DNA of 64,000 bases, from NCBI GenBank assembly GCA_030841035.1, contig JAVEDI010000026.1:68-64067 (forward strand), given 5' to 3'. The notes under the pieces were generated by a model, which searched no databases, had not been told where the DNA came from, and saw only the letters and a list, made by a program, of their open reading frames with translations. The translations under genes were made by a program, and so were the position numbers. The stretch comes from Actinomycetota bacterium (GTDB lineage Bacteria; Actinomycetota; Actinomycetes; JACCUZ01). Positions 29,564 through 40,254 of this stretch are shown one piece after another; position 1 is the stretch's first letter; each line of letters opens with the position of its first letter.

Positions 29564-30193
29564 GTGCAGTCCACCGGCGGCCCGCTGGCCCTCGACCTGG
29601 CCGGCGTGTTCGTGTTCGCGCTCTCCGGGGCGCTGGCCGCCGTGAGCAAGCGGCTGGACATCGTCGGGGTGGCCGTGCTCGGCACGGTCGCGGCGATCGG
29701 CGGCGGGCTGCTGCGCGACGTGCTGCTCGGCGACGTACCTCCGCCGGCCCTCGCCGACTGGCGCTACGTCACGGTGTCCGGCGCGGCCTCGGTGCTGGTC
29801 TTCTTCTTCCACCCGCAGGTCAGCCGACTGACCCGGGCGGTGCGGCTGTGCGACGCGGCGGGGCTCGGCCTCTTCGCGGTCGCGGGCACCACGAAGGCGC
29901 TCGACGCGGGGCTCGGGCCGGTGCCGGCCTGCCTGCTCGGCGTGCTCACCGGAGTGGGGGGTGGCCTGCTGCGCGACCTGCTGCTCGGTGAGATCCCCCT
30001 GGTGCTGCGCACCGGCGAGCTGTATGCCGTCACGGCACTGGCCGGCACGGTGCTGGTGGTCGTCGCGGACGCGCTCGGTGTCTACGGCCCCGTCGCGACG
30101 GCTGCCGGCGTCGGGGTGGTCTTCCTCATCCGGGTCGTCGCGATCGTGCGGCGCTGGTCGGCCCCGCTCCCCCGCCATCTCGAGGACCACTGA
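29564..30193 (+). CDS. UPF0126/TRIC-family membrane protein (glycine-transporter-like tandem domain).
   Basis: Two repeated GGGLLRD-containing TM modules (AAIGGGLLRDVLLG and GVGGGLLRDLLLG). Confidence 0.7.
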   Translation: MQSTGGPLALDLAGVFVFALSGALAAVSKRLDIVGVAVLGTVAAIGGGLLRDVLLGDVPPPALADWRYVTVSGAASVLVFFFHPQVSRLTRAVRLCDAAGLGLFAVAGTTKALDAGLGPVPACLLGVLTGVGGGLLRDLLLGEIPLVLRTGELYAVTALAGTVLVVVADALGVYGPVATAAGVGVVFLIRVVAIVRRWSAPLPRHLEDH

Positions 30194-30204
30194 GGCCCGC
30201 GAGA

Positions 30205-30996
30205 TCAGCCGCGTGACAGCTGGGCGCAGTCGGCGGCGCTCGGGGCCGACGGTGGTCCCGGACCGAGCATGCGCAGCACGAGTCCCTGCACGACGGCGTC
30301 GGTCGGCAGGGCACCGTGGTCCACCGGGCGGCCGCGGCAGACCGACTGCACGACCACGTCGAGGGCCCCCGCGAGCCGGGAGCTGTCCGGCGGAGTCACC
30401 ACCTGGTCCTGGTCGGTCCAGATGCTCACCCAGCGCGGGCCGGCGGGTGTCTCGTCACCCCGGTCGAGCGATGTGAGCACGTCGCTGCCCGGCATCAGCT
30501 GCTGGCAGGCGGCCCGGCACGCGCCGGGATCCAGGGCCGCGCCCAGCACGGCGAGGCTGGTGCCGTGGTGCGGCGACCCGAGGGTCACGACCCGGCGGGC
30601 CACCTTCGCGCCCCCGTCGCTGCGCGCCCAGAGCCGCGCGACGACGCCGCCGGCCGAGTAGCCCACGACGTCGACCGACGGCGCGCCCGCCGCCAGCGCC
30701 GCACGTGCGGCGAGCGCCAGCGCGCCGGCCTGCACCCGCAGGTCACCGGTGCCGTTGCCGGGCAGCGCGACGACGGTGGCCGTACGGCCGGCGGCGCGCA
30801 GCCGCGCCGCGAGCTGCTCCAGGCCGCCGGTCCCGCCGCCGTACCCGGGCACGAGCAGCACCGGACCGGGCTTGTCCTGCGCCACCCCCCGGCGGGTCGG
30901 CGCGACGACGTCGTCACCGCGGGCCAGGGCGACCACGCCGACGGCGACGAGCAGGACGAGCAGCACTGCGGCGAGGACCCACCGGCGCGGACTCAT
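30205..30996 (-). CDS. Secreted alpha/beta-hydrolase (lipase/esterase class-2-like).
   Basis: N-terminal signal/TM, GYSAGG (GxSxG) nucleophile elbow, LVPGYGGG oxyanion-region motif. Confidence 0.75.
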   Translation of the reverse strand: MSPRRWVLAAVLLVLLVAVGVVALARGDDVVAPTRRGVAQDKPGPVLLVPGYGGGTGGLEQLAARLRAAGRTATVVALPGNGTGDLRVQAGALALAARAALAAGAPSVDVVGYSAGGVVARLWARSDGGAKVARRVVTLGSPHHGTSLAVLGAALDPGACRAACQQLMPGSDVLTSLDRGDETPAGPRWVSIWTDQDQVVTPPDSSRLAGALDVVVQSVCRGRPVDHGALPTDAVVQGLVLRMLGPGPPSAPSAADCAQLSRG

Positions 30997-31017
30997 GCTG
31001 CTGTGCCGGTCAACGGC

Positions 31018-32358
<1,341 letters not shown>

Positions 32359-32382
32359 TCACCTTCATGAAGGGAAGCCTAC

Positions 32383-33324
32383 GTGAGGCGCTTGCTGCTG
32401 GTGACCAACCCGTCCGCCGGCGGCGCGGACGAGGCGAACGTCGCGGCGGCGGTGGCCGTCCTGCGCGACGCCGGCACCGACGTACGCGTGGCGGACGGTG
32501 GCGACCCCGAGGCGCTGGGCCGGGTCCTCGGGGACCGCGACGGCCGCACCGCGGTGCTGGCCGGCGGTGACGGGTCGCTCCACCTGGCCGTCACGGTCCT
32601 GCGCGAGCGGGGGGAGCTCTCGCCCGACGAGCCCCTCGGGCTGCTGCCGCTCGGCACCGGCAACGACCTGGCGCGCACCCTGGGCGTCCCCGTCGACCCG
32701 ATCGAGGCGGCGCGCGCGCTGCTGACGGCGCGCCCCCGAGTGCTCGACCTGCTCGTCGACGACGCGGGCGGTGTGGTGGTCAACGCGGTGCACCTGGGGA
32801 TCGGGGCCGAGGCAGCGCAGCGGGCGGGCGCGTGGAAGCAGCGGCTCGGCAAGGCGGCGTACACCCTCGGGTCGGCCGTGGCGGGGCTGCGCGAGGCCGG
32901 CTGGGTGCTGCGGGTGGAGGCCGACGGCGAGGTGATCCACGACGGGTCACCGGTGCTGATGGTCGGCGTCGCGAACGGGCGCAGCATCGGCGGTGGAGCA
33001 CTGCTCGCTCCCGAGGCGTCACCGGATGACGGGTGGCTCGACGTGGTCACCGCCACGTCGACCGGACCGCTCGCCCGGCTGGGCTTCGGGGTGGCGATGC
33101 GCGGGGGCGCGCACCTCGAGCGGGACGACGTGACCACGACGCGGGCCCGCTCGGTCTCCGTGACCGGCGAGGAGTGCCCGGTCAACGCCGACGGGGAGCT
33201 TGCCGGTGCGGTGACGTCACGCACCTGGACCGTGGCGCCCGCCGCGTGGTCGTTGCTGGTGCCGAGCCCTACAGCCAGCGGCGGATCGGCCGGGTCGACC
33301 TCTCCAGCAGCCGCTGCGACGTAG
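32383..33324 (+). CDS. Diacylglycerol/lipid kinase family protein (DagK/YegS-like).
   Basis: GTG VRRLLLVTNPSAGG..., GGDGSLH and LPLGTGNDLAR catalytic motifs. Confidence 0.85.
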   Translation: MRRLLLVTNPSAGGADEANVAAAVAVLRDAGTDVRVADGGDPEALGRVLGDRDGRTAVLAGGDGSLHLAVTVLRERGELSPDEPLGLLPLGTGNDLARTLGVPVDPIEAARALLTARPRVLDLLVDDAGGVVVNAVHLGIGAEAAQRAGAWKQRLGKAAYTLGSAVAGLREAGWVLRVEADGEVIHDGSPVLMVGVANGRSIGGGALLAPEASPDDGWLDVVTATSTGPLARLGFGVAMRGGAHLERDDVTTTRARSVSVTGEECPVNADGELAGAVTSRTWTVAPAAWSLLVPSPTASGGSAGSTSPAAAAT

Positions 33325-34429
33325 ACCGGCCGCGCCACCGGGTCAGGTCGATCTGCTCGCTGCGGGTGAAGTCGTCGTCGAGATGCGCGTCGAGGGTCGC
33401 GGTCAGCCCCTCGTCGAGGGCGATGAGCACGACCTCCTCGTCGTGGTCGAGCGAACGGCGGTTGAAGTTCGACGAGCCCACGACGGCGGCGCAACCGTCG
33501 ACCGTCATCACCTTGGCGTGCATCATCGAGGGCTGGAACGTCCAGACGCGCACGCCGCAGTCGACGAGACGCGCGTACGACGCCTCGCTCGCAAGCTGGC
33601 ACACCCGCTTGTCCGCGTGCGGTCCGGGCAGCAGCAGGTCGACCTCGACACCTCGCTGGGGGGCCGCACACAGCGTGTCGAGGAAGTCGTCGTCGGGAGC
33701 GAAGTACGCCGTCGCGATGCGCAGCCGTTCCTGGGCGGAGTCGAGCATCACGTGGAACGCCGACTGCATGTCGTCCCAGCCCAGCGACGCGGACCCGCGC
33801 ACGATCTGCACGGTGGACGTGCCGCGCTGGGGCTGCTCGGGGAACTCGTCGCGCTCGTCGTAGAGCGCCCGGTCCGACTCCGCCCAGTCCTGGATGAACG
33901 CCGACTGCAGGCCGTCGACCGCGGGCCCCTCGACGCGCAGGTGCGTGTCGCGCCACTCGCCCTCGTTGCGCGCGTCGCCGCACCACTCCTCGGCGATGCC
34001 GACGCCGCCGGTGAACGCGACGCCGCCGTCGACGACGCAGACCTTGCGGTGCAGCCGGTGGTTGGACTTGAACGGCGACTTCAGCAGCGGCTTGCGGAAC
34101 CACTCGACCTGGACGCCCGCGCGGTCCATGTCGTCGACCAGGCTCTTCTCGATCAGCCGGCCGCCGAGCGCGTCGATGAGCAGCCGGACCCGGACGCCGG
34201 CGCCGGCCCGCTCGCTCATCGCCTCGGCGAACTGCTGGGCGATCTCACCGCGCCAGTAGACGAACGTCATCAGGTCGACGGTGCTCTTCGCGGCGCGGAT
34301 CGCGTCCAGCATGGCGGGGAAGATCTCGTCGCCGTTGCGCAGCACGGTCAGCTCGTTGCCTTCGGTGAACGGCGTGCCGATGATCACCTCGAGCCGGCGG
34401 CGCAGGATCTGCTCCAGCGGGTGGCCCAC
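33269..34429 (-). CDS. cls: Phospholipase D-family protein / cardiolipin synthase (two HKD motifs).
   Basis: GTG start preceded by GGAGG at 7-nt spacing. HKD motifs NHRLHRKVCVVDG and HAKVMTVDG. 386 aa. The upstream part of the 716-aa track ORF is a run-on. Overlaps the dagK 3' end convergently by about 56 bp. Confidence 0.85.
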   Translation of the reverse strand: MGHPLEQILRRRLEVIIGTPFTEGNELTVLRNGDEIFPAMLDAIRAAKSTVDLMTFVYWRGEIAQQFAEAMSERAGAGVRVRLLIDALGGRLIEKSLVDDMDRAGVQVEWFRKPLLKSPFKSNHRLHRKVCVVDGGVAFTGGVGIAEEWCGDARNEGEWRDTHLRVEGPAVDGLQSAFIQDWAESDRALYDERDEFPEQPQRGTSTVQIVRGSASLGWDDMQSAFHVMLDSAQERLRIATAYFAPDDDFLDTLCAAPQRGVEVDLLLPGPHADKRVCQLASEASYARLVDCGVRVWTFQPSMMHAKVMTVDGCAAVVGSSNFNRRSLDHDEEVVLIALDEGLTATLDAHLDDDFTRSEQIDLTRWRGRSTSQRLLERSTRPIRRWL

Positions 34430-34455
34430 CGACGTACCTCCTTCTCGGAAAGCGA

Positions 34456-35436
34456 TCACAGTAGTCCGCGCCGAACCGCCTCCATGCCCGCCTGGAACCG
34501 AGAGGTCGCGCCGAGGTCGGCCATCAGGTCGGCCACGCGTCGGCGCACGGTGCGCAGCGAGACGCCCAGCTGGCGGGCTATCGCCTCGTCCTTGGCGCCG
34601 AGCATCAGCGCCTCGAGGATGCCCTGCTGGCCGTCGGCGTCCTCCTGGCCGGGACCGCCCGCGACGCCGCGCAGGGGCACGGCGCGGTTCCAGTAGTGCT
34701 GGAACACCTCGTTGACCATCGCGACGAGCGCAGGGGCGCGCAGCAGGATGCGGCCGTCGGCCGGGCCGTCGCCCCAGCTGGAGGAGACGAGGGCGACCTC
34801 CCCGCCGAAGACCGCCAGCGCGGGCGGCACCTGCGGTATCAGCCGCACCTGCTCGCCGGCGGCGGCCCACCGACGTACGTAGGCCAGTCGCCGTTCGTCC
34901 TCGACCACGTCGCTGGGGTAGAGCGCCCGCATCGGCCGGCCGGCGGCGAGCTGGCGCTGCAGCAGCTCGGTGTAGGGCGCGGAGTCCACGTCGAGGTGCA
35001 TCACCGGATGGGTGGAGACCACCTCTCCGCGGGTGCTGCGCTGCAGGTCCTCGACGGCGACGAACGACTCGGCCGCGCTGAGCAGCTCGAACGGCGCCGC
35101 GGCCCAGTTGCGCGACCGGCCGACGACATGGTCGGCGGCAAAGCTGGCGAGGCTGGCGCGGACGGCGTCCAGGCGGGCGCGGCGGCCGTCGAGCTCGGCC
35201 AGCTCGGCGTTGACCAGCGGGTAGAGGGTGGTCGCGGGCGGTCCCGCCGTGAAGCCGTCGTCGACGACCTCGACCAGGTGGGCCTCGACCAGCTGGGCCA
35301 GGCTGCGCGCCACGTCGGCCTCGGGGCGTTCCAGGTGCGTGGCGAACCACGTGGGCGGCTGGCCGGGATTGCGCAGCAGGGCGCGGTAGAGGGCCTCCGC
35401 CTGCTCGTCGAGGCCCCACAGGTCGAGGACGGGCAC
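34456..35436 (-). CDS. LuxR-family transcriptional regulator.
   Basis: C-terminal LuxR HTH (ILEALMLGAKDEAIARQLGVSLRTVRRRVADLMADLG). 27 bp upstream of cls on the same strand. Confidence 0.8.
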   Translation of the reverse strand: MPVLDLWGLDEQAEALYRALLRNPGQPPTWFATHLERPEADVARSLAQLVEAHLVEVVDDGFTAGPPATTLYPLVNAELAELDGRRARLDAVRASLASFAADHVVGRSRNWAAAPFELLSAAESFVAVEDLQRSTRGEVVSTHPVMHLDVDSAPYTELLQRQLAAGRPMRALYPSDVVEDERRLAYVRRWAAAGEQVRLIPQVPPALAVFGGEVALVSSSWGDGPADGRILLRAPALVAMVNEVFQHYWNRAVPLRGVAGGPGQEDADGQQGILEALMLGAKDEAIARQLGVSLRTVRRRVADLMADLGATSRFQAGMEAVRRGLL

Positions 35437-35528
35437 GGCGCGGAGCCTACGCCCGGTGGCAGTTTGCGGACAGTGGCAGCGCAGTGACAGGGCAAACGGG
35501 GCACCCGCAGGGCATGCTGTGCTCCAGC

Positions 35529-35566
35529 GAGGGGCGGAACGGCGGCAGGGGACGGTTCCGCCCCTC
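35529..35566 (-). terminator. GC-rich hairpin GAGGGGCGGAAC-N13-GTTCCGCCCCTC downstream of the DUF3151/fbaA transcription unit. Probable intrinsic terminator without a U-tract.
   Basis: Perfect 12-bp inverted repeat with a 13-nt loop, read directly from the sequence 45 bp after the DUF3151 stop. Confidence 0.5.
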
Positions 35567-35610
35567 GCGCCCGCCCCTGGCGACGTACGTCGGTGGGTCG
35601 GCGCCGGGCC

Positions 35611-36030
35611 TCAGCGGCCGGGGCGCAGGGTCTGCGCCGCGGTCGCGCTGCTGTCCTGGAGGAAGGCGGCGCAGCGCTGCGCCTCCTCGTCCTCCCCGAT
35701 CGCCTCCGCGGCCGCGGCCAGCGCGGCGAGCGCGCGCAGGAACCCCCGGTTGGGCTCGTGCTCCCACGGCACCGGCCCGTGGCCGCGCCAGCCGCCCTTG
35801 CGCAGCGTGTCGAGACCGCGGTGGTACCCGGTGCGGGCGTAGGCGTAGGCCTCGACCGGGTGCTGCGCGGCCAGCGCCCGCTCGGCCAGCACCGCCCACG
35901 CCAGGCTGGACGCCGGGTGGGCCGCCGCCGTCTCGACCGGGTCCGCACCGCCCGCCAGCAGCCGGGCCCCCGCCTCCGCCGGCAGCAGCGTCGGCTCGGG
36001 CTCCCCCAACAAGTTCCTGTGTCCGCTCAC
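35611..36030 (-). CDS. DUF3151-family protein (conserved fbaA-neighbour in Actinobacteria).
   Basis: 139-aa ORF. Position immediately downstream of fbaA matches the conserved actinobacterial synteny of this family. Confidence 0.7.
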   Translation of the reverse strand: MSGHRNLLGEPEPTLLPAEAGARLLAGGADPVETAAAHPASSLAWAVLAERALAAQHPVEAYAYARTGYHRGLDTLRKGGWRGHGPVPWEHEPNRGFLRALAALAAAAEAIGEDEEAQRCAAFLQDSSATAAQTLRPGR

Positions 36031-36129
36031 CCCCGCATTCGACCACGTCCGGGAGCCGGGGCACGCGGCAGCGGGCCGGCACGCCTGGTGTCGTGCCGGT
36101 CCAGCGGTCCGGCAGGCGACCCCCGGGGG

Positions 36130-37155
36130 TCAGCCCTTGAGGGAGGTGCCGGCGGAGCGGAGGTCTTCGCAGGCCTCGGTCACGCGGGCAGCCATGCCGT
36201 TCTCGGCCAGCTTGCCGTAGGCGCGCGGGTCGTAGTGCTTCTTGTTCCCGACCTCACCGTCGATCTTGAGCACGCCGTCGTAGTTGCGGAACATGTGGTC
36301 GACGATCGGCCGGGTGAACGCGTACTGGGTGTCCGTGTCGACATTCATCTTGATCACGCCGTAGTCGAGCGCCTCGCGGATCTCCTCGAGCGTCGAGCCG
36401 GAGCCGCCGTGGAAGACCAGGTCGAACGGCTTCTCCCGCCCGATCTTGGCTCCGACCGCATCCTGGATCTCCTTGAGGATCGAGGGTCGCAGCTTGACGT
36501 TGCCCGGCTTGTAGACGCCGTGGACGTTGCCGAACGTCGCCGCCAGCATGTAGCGGCCCTTCTCGCCGGCGCCGAGCACCTCGACGGTGCGCAGCGCGTC
36601 CTCCGGCGTGGTGTAGAGCTTGTCGTTGATCTCGTTGGCGACGCCGTCCTCCTCGCCGCCGACCACTCCGATCTCGACCTCCAGGATGATGCGCGCCTTC
36701 GCGCACTCCGCGAGCAGCTCGTCGGCGATCTGCAGGTTCTCCTTCAGCTCGACCGCGGAGCCGTCCCACATGTGCGACTGGAACAGCGGGTCACGGCCCT
36801 CGGCGACCCGCTCCTGGGAGATCGCGATGAGCGGCCGCATGTAGGCGTCGAGCTTGTCCTTGGGGCAGTGGTCGGTGTGCAGCGCGATGTTGACCGGGTA
36901 GGGCTTCGCGACGTGGTGGGCGAACTCGGCGAGCGCCTGCGCACCCAGCACCATGTCCTTGACCTTCTGGCCGCTGAGGTACTCGGCGCCTCCGGTCGAG
37001 ACCTGCACGATGCCGTCGCTCTCGGCCTCGGCGAACCCCTGCAGGGCCGCGTTCAGCGTCTGCGACGAGGTCACGTTGATCGCCGGGTAGGCGAAGGCGC
37101 CGGCCTTGGCGCGGTCCAACATCTCGGCGTAGACCTCGGGGGTCGCGATCGGCAT
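36130..37155 (-). CDS. fbaA: Class II fructose-bisphosphate aldolase.
   Basis: MPIATPEVYAEMLDRAKAGAFAYPAINVTSSQT...HTDHC...HGGSGS. Confidence 0.97.
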   Translation of the reverse strand: MPIATPEVYAEMLDRAKAGAFAYPAINVTSSQTLNAALQGFAEAESDGIVQVSTGGAEYLSGQKVKDMVLGAQALAEFAHHVAKPYPVNIALHTDHCPKDKLDAYMRPLIAISQERVAEGRDPLFQSHMWDGSAVELKENLQIADELLAECAKARIILEVEIGVVGGEEDGVANEINDKLYTTPEDALRTVEVLGAGEKGRYMLAATFGNVHGVYKPGNVKLRPSILKEIQDAVGAKIGREKPFDLVFHGGSGSTLEEIREALDYGVIKMNVDTDTQYAFTRPIVDHMFRNYDGVLKIDGEVGNKKHYDPRAYGKLAENGMAARVTEACEDLRSAGTSLKG

Positions 37156-37307
37156 GGTGGTCTCCTCGTGACGTACGTGCAGTCATGGGTCAGTGGGGCA
37201 TCCGGCGGGCCCGTCCGGCCCGCGCACGTCTCGCCTTCATCCTTGCAGAGGGCGCCGTACGCCGGGACGGCCCACCGAGGACTGGACAGCCCCACCCGCC
37301 CCGAGGG

Positions 37308-38684
37308 CTACGGCCCGGCTGACGCCTCACCGAGGCGGGACACCAGGGCGCGTGCGGCGACCAGTACCGGGTCCCAGACCGGGGCGAACGGGGGCGCATA
37401 GGCCAGGTCGAGGCCGGTCATCTCCTCGACGGTCATCCGGTTCCAGAGGGCGACGGCGCAGGTGTCGATCCGCGTCGCCGAACCCTCCCGTCCCACGATC
37501 TGCGCCCCGAGCAGCCGTCCCGACCGCCGCTGCGCCAGCATCTTGACCGTCATCGGCCGGGTCCCCGGGAAGTAGCCCGCCCGGGTCGTCGACTCGATGG
37601 TGACCGACTCGACCTGCAGCCCGGCCGCCAGCGCCTCGGCCTCGCGCAGGCCGGTCCGGGCGATCTCCAGGTCGCACACCTTGCTGACGGCCGTGCCGAC
37701 CACACCCGGGAACCTCGCGTTGCCGCCCGACACGTTGAGCCCGATGATGCGCCCGTGCTTGTTGGCATGGGTGCCCAGCGGCACGTGCCCCCACGTCTGC
37801 GACACCCGGTTGAAGGTCTCGACGCAGTCGCCACCGGCCCACACCGCGTCCGCGCCGACGACCCCGAGCCGCTCATCGACCTGCAGGCCGCCGGAGTCGC
37901 CCAGCGGCAGACCGGCCTGCCCGGCGAGCTCGGTGTTCGGTCGCACGCCGATGCCCAGCACGACCAGCTCGGCCGGCAGTGTCTGGTCCCCCACGACGAC
38001 GCCGCGCACCCGCCCGCCGGCCACCTCGAACCGCGCCACCGCGGCGTCGGTCCGTACGTCGATGCCCATGCCCTCCATCGCCTCGCGGACGAGCCGGCCC
38101 ATGTCCGGGTCGAGCGTCGTCATCGGCTCCGGCGCCTGGTCGACGACCGAGACGGACAGCCCATGACGGACCAGCGCCTCGGCCATCTCGATGCCGATGT
38201 ACCCGCCGCCGACGACGACGGCGTGGCGCGGCCGCTCGCGGTGCAGCAGGTCGATGATCCGCTCGCCGTCCTCGAGGGTCTGCACACCGAGGATGCCGCG
38301 GGCGTCCACGCCCGGCAGGTCGGGCCGCACGGGACGGGCGCCCGTCGCGATCACCAGGTGGTCGTAGCCGAGGACGTACGCCGCCTGCTCCTCGTGGTCG
38401 CGGACGGTGACCTCACCGCGCGCGAGGTCGATCGACTCGGCCTCGTGGCGCATCCGCAGGTCGATGCCGCGGTCGCGGTGCTCCTGCGGCGTGCGTGCGA
38501 GCAGGCTCTCGCCGTTCTCGACGTCACCGGCCACCCAGTAGGGGATGCCGCACGCGGAGTAGGACGCGTGGCGTCCACGTTCGAGCGCGATCACCTCGAG
38601 GTCATCGCCCGCACGCCGCTTGGCCTGCGACGCGGCGCTCATGCCGGCAGCGTCGCCGCCGATGACCAGCAGCCGCGGGGTCAC
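37308..38684 (-). CDS. FAD-dependent pyridine nucleotide-disulfide oxidoreductase (CoA-disulfide reductase / NADH oxidase-like).
   Basis: GTG VTPRLLVIGGDAAGMSAASQ (FAD GxGxxG), second Rossmann VVVGGGYIGIEMAEAL, redox Cys SYSACGIPYW. The GTG overlaps the GNAT gene TGA. The Arg-rich 189-aa N-terminal extension of the track ORF is rejected. Confidence 0.85.
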   Translation of the reverse strand: MTPRLLVIGGDAAGMSAASQAKRRAGDDLEVIALERGRHASYSACGIPYWVAGDVENGESLLARTPQEHRDRGIDLRMRHEAESIDLARGEVTVRDHEEQAAYVLGYDHLVIATGARPVRPDLPGVDARGILGVQTLEDGERIIDLLHRERPRHAVVVGGGYIGIEMAEALVRHGLSVSVVDQAPEPMTTLDPDMGRLVREAMEGMGIDVRTDAAVARFEVAGGRVRGVVVGDQTLPAELVVLGIGVRPNTELAGQAGLPLGDSGGLQVDERLGVVGADAVWAGGDCVETFNRVSQTWGHVPLGTHANKHGRIIGLNVSGGNARFPGVVGTAVSKVCDLEIARTGLREAEALAAGLQVESVTIESTTRAGYFPGTRPMTVKMLAQRRSGRLLGAQIVGREGSATRIDTCAVALWNRMTVEEMTGLDLAYAPPFAPVWDPVLVAARALVSRLGEASAGP

Positions 38685-39496
38685 GGCTTCCACCGGTAGG
38701 GCGTGGTGTCCGTGAGCCGGTGCATGCCGAGGCGGGCCAGGACCGGGCGGCTCGCGTCGGACGCGTCGACCTGCAGGTAGCGGAACCCGCGGTCGCGGGC
38801 CTGCACCGCGCGGCGCCCGACCAGCGCCCGGTAGATGCCCTTGCGTCGCCACCGCGGCAGCGTCGAGCCGCCCCACAGGCTGGCGAAATCGGTGCCGTGG
38901 TGGAAGCGGACCCAGGCCGCGCACACGATCTCGCCGTCCGCCTCGGCGACGTGGACGCGCACGTCGTCCGGCGTCTCGGTGAGCTCCCGGCGCAGCTCGT
39001 CGGTCAACCACGTCAGGTCCTCCCCCCAGACGCTCCGGTTGAGCGCCAGGATGCCGGCGAGGTCGGCGTCGAGGTCGTCGCTGCGCACGTGGCGCAGCGT
39101 GATGCCCTCGGGCACCGGAGCGCCGGCGGACCGCTGGACGACCTGCGCGACCTCGCCGACGACGAGCGTCTCGTCCTGCTCGGCCTCGAAGCCCGCTCGC
39201 TCGAGGCGCACCCGCAGGTCGTCGGGGCGGTCGTAGCCGAACCACTTCCACTCGAACGACCGACCGAGCCCGCGGAAGTAGGCGACCTGCTCGGCGATCA
39301 CCTCCTCGGCGTCGCTCTCGTCGAGATCGCTCCAGATGACATGGCAGCCGTGCTCGGTCCCCGCCGGTGCGACGAGACGCAGGACGCGGTTCTGCGAGGC
39401 CAGCTCCACCTGCCAGTCCGGGTGCGGCGGCTGCTTCGAGCGGCGGATCTGCTCGTCGTAGGCACCCAGGGCGGCGTCAGGGTCCATGGCCGTCAT
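38681..39496 (-). CDS. GNAT-family N-acetyltransferase.
   Basis: ATG MTAMDPDAALGAYDEQ..., acetyl-CoA-binding motif RRKGIYRALV. The ATG overlaps the stop of the upstream methyltransferase (ATGA). Confidence 0.75.
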   Translation of the reverse strand: MTAMDPDAALGAYDEQIRRSKQPPHPDWQVELASQNRVLRLVAPAGTEHGCHVIWSDLDESDAEEVIAEQVAYFRGLGRSFEWKWFGYDRPDDLRVRLERAGFEAEQDETLVVGEVAQVVQRSAGAPVPEGITLRHVRSDDLDADLAGILALNRSVWGEDLTWLTDELRRELTETPDDVRVHVAEADGEIVCAAWVRFHHGTDFASLWGGSTLPRWRRKGIYRALVGRRAVQARDRGFRYLQVDASDASRPVLARLGMHRLTDTTPYRWKP

Positions 39497-40146
39497 CGTG
39501 CCGCACCCCCGTCCTCGGGCGGCTGCGCAGCGGCGAGGTCGGCGTGCTGGCGCACCCACGCGTGCATCGCGATCGCGGCCGCAGCGCCGGCGTTGATGGA
39601 CCGCGTGGACCCGAACTGCGCGATGGAGCAGACGGCGCTCGCCGCCTCCCGGGCCGGGACCGACAGTCCCGGACCCTCCTGGCCGAACAGCAGCAAGCAG
39701 CGGCGCGGCAGCGCGAACGTCTCCAACGGTTGGGCTCCCGGCAGGTTGTCGACGCCGATGACCGGCAGCGACTCGTCCGCGCACCACTGCAGCAACGCGG
39801 CGACGTCGTGGTGATGGCGTACGTGCTGGTAGCGGTCGGTCACCATCGCGCCGCGCCGGTTCCATCGGCGTCGGCCGACCACGTGGACCTCGCGCGAGAG
39901 GAAGGCGTTGGCGGTGCGCACGATCGACCCGATGTTGAAGTCGTGCTGCCAGTTCTCGATCGCGACGTGGAAGTCGTGGCGTCGGGTGTCGAGGTCGGCG
40001 ACGACCGCGTCGTGGCGCCAGTAGCGGTAGCGGTCGACGACGTTGCGCCGATCACCGTCGCGCAGCAGCTCGGGGTCGAGGCGGGGGTCCTCGGGCCACG
40101 GCCCCTGCCACGGTCGCGCACCCACCTCGAGCTCGTCCTCGGCCAT
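39493..40146 (-). CDS. TrmH/SpoU-family RNA 2'-O-methyltransferase.
   Basis: SpoU-methylase motifs (DNVVDRYRYWRHD, NIGSIVRTANAF, LLFGQEGPGLS). Confidence 0.8.
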   Translation of the reverse strand: MAEDELEVGARPWQGPWPEDPRLDPELLRDGDRRNVVDRYRYWRHDAVVADLDTRRHDFHVAIENWQHDFNIGSIVRTANAFLSREVHVVGRRRWNRRGAMVTDRYQHVRHHHDVAALLQWCADESLPVIGVDNLPGAQPLETFALPRRCLLLFGQEGPGLSVPAREAASAVCSIAQFGSTRSINAGAAAAIAMHAWVRQHADLAAAQPPEDGGAAR

Positions 40147-40254
40147 GTCCGCTCACCCTAGGGTCTGGCGGGTTAGCCCCCGGCGTGCTCGGCGCCGTGG
40201 GTCGCAGGCCGCCGCGGGCGGTCGAGGAGCAGCGGCTCGCGGTAGCGTCGACCC

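Noticed and set aside
37308-39251. 647-aa version of the oxidoreductase with a 189-aa Arg-rich N-terminal extension
   Set aside because: The extension overlaps the GNAT gene in another frame. The FAD-binding GxGxxG sits right after the internal GTG, which forms a GTGA overlap with the GNAT stop.
38681-39865. 394-aa version of the GNAT gene
   Set aside because: The N-terminal 123 aa overlap the TrmH/SpoU gene. The ATG at 39496 gives an ATGA overlap and a typical GNAT length.
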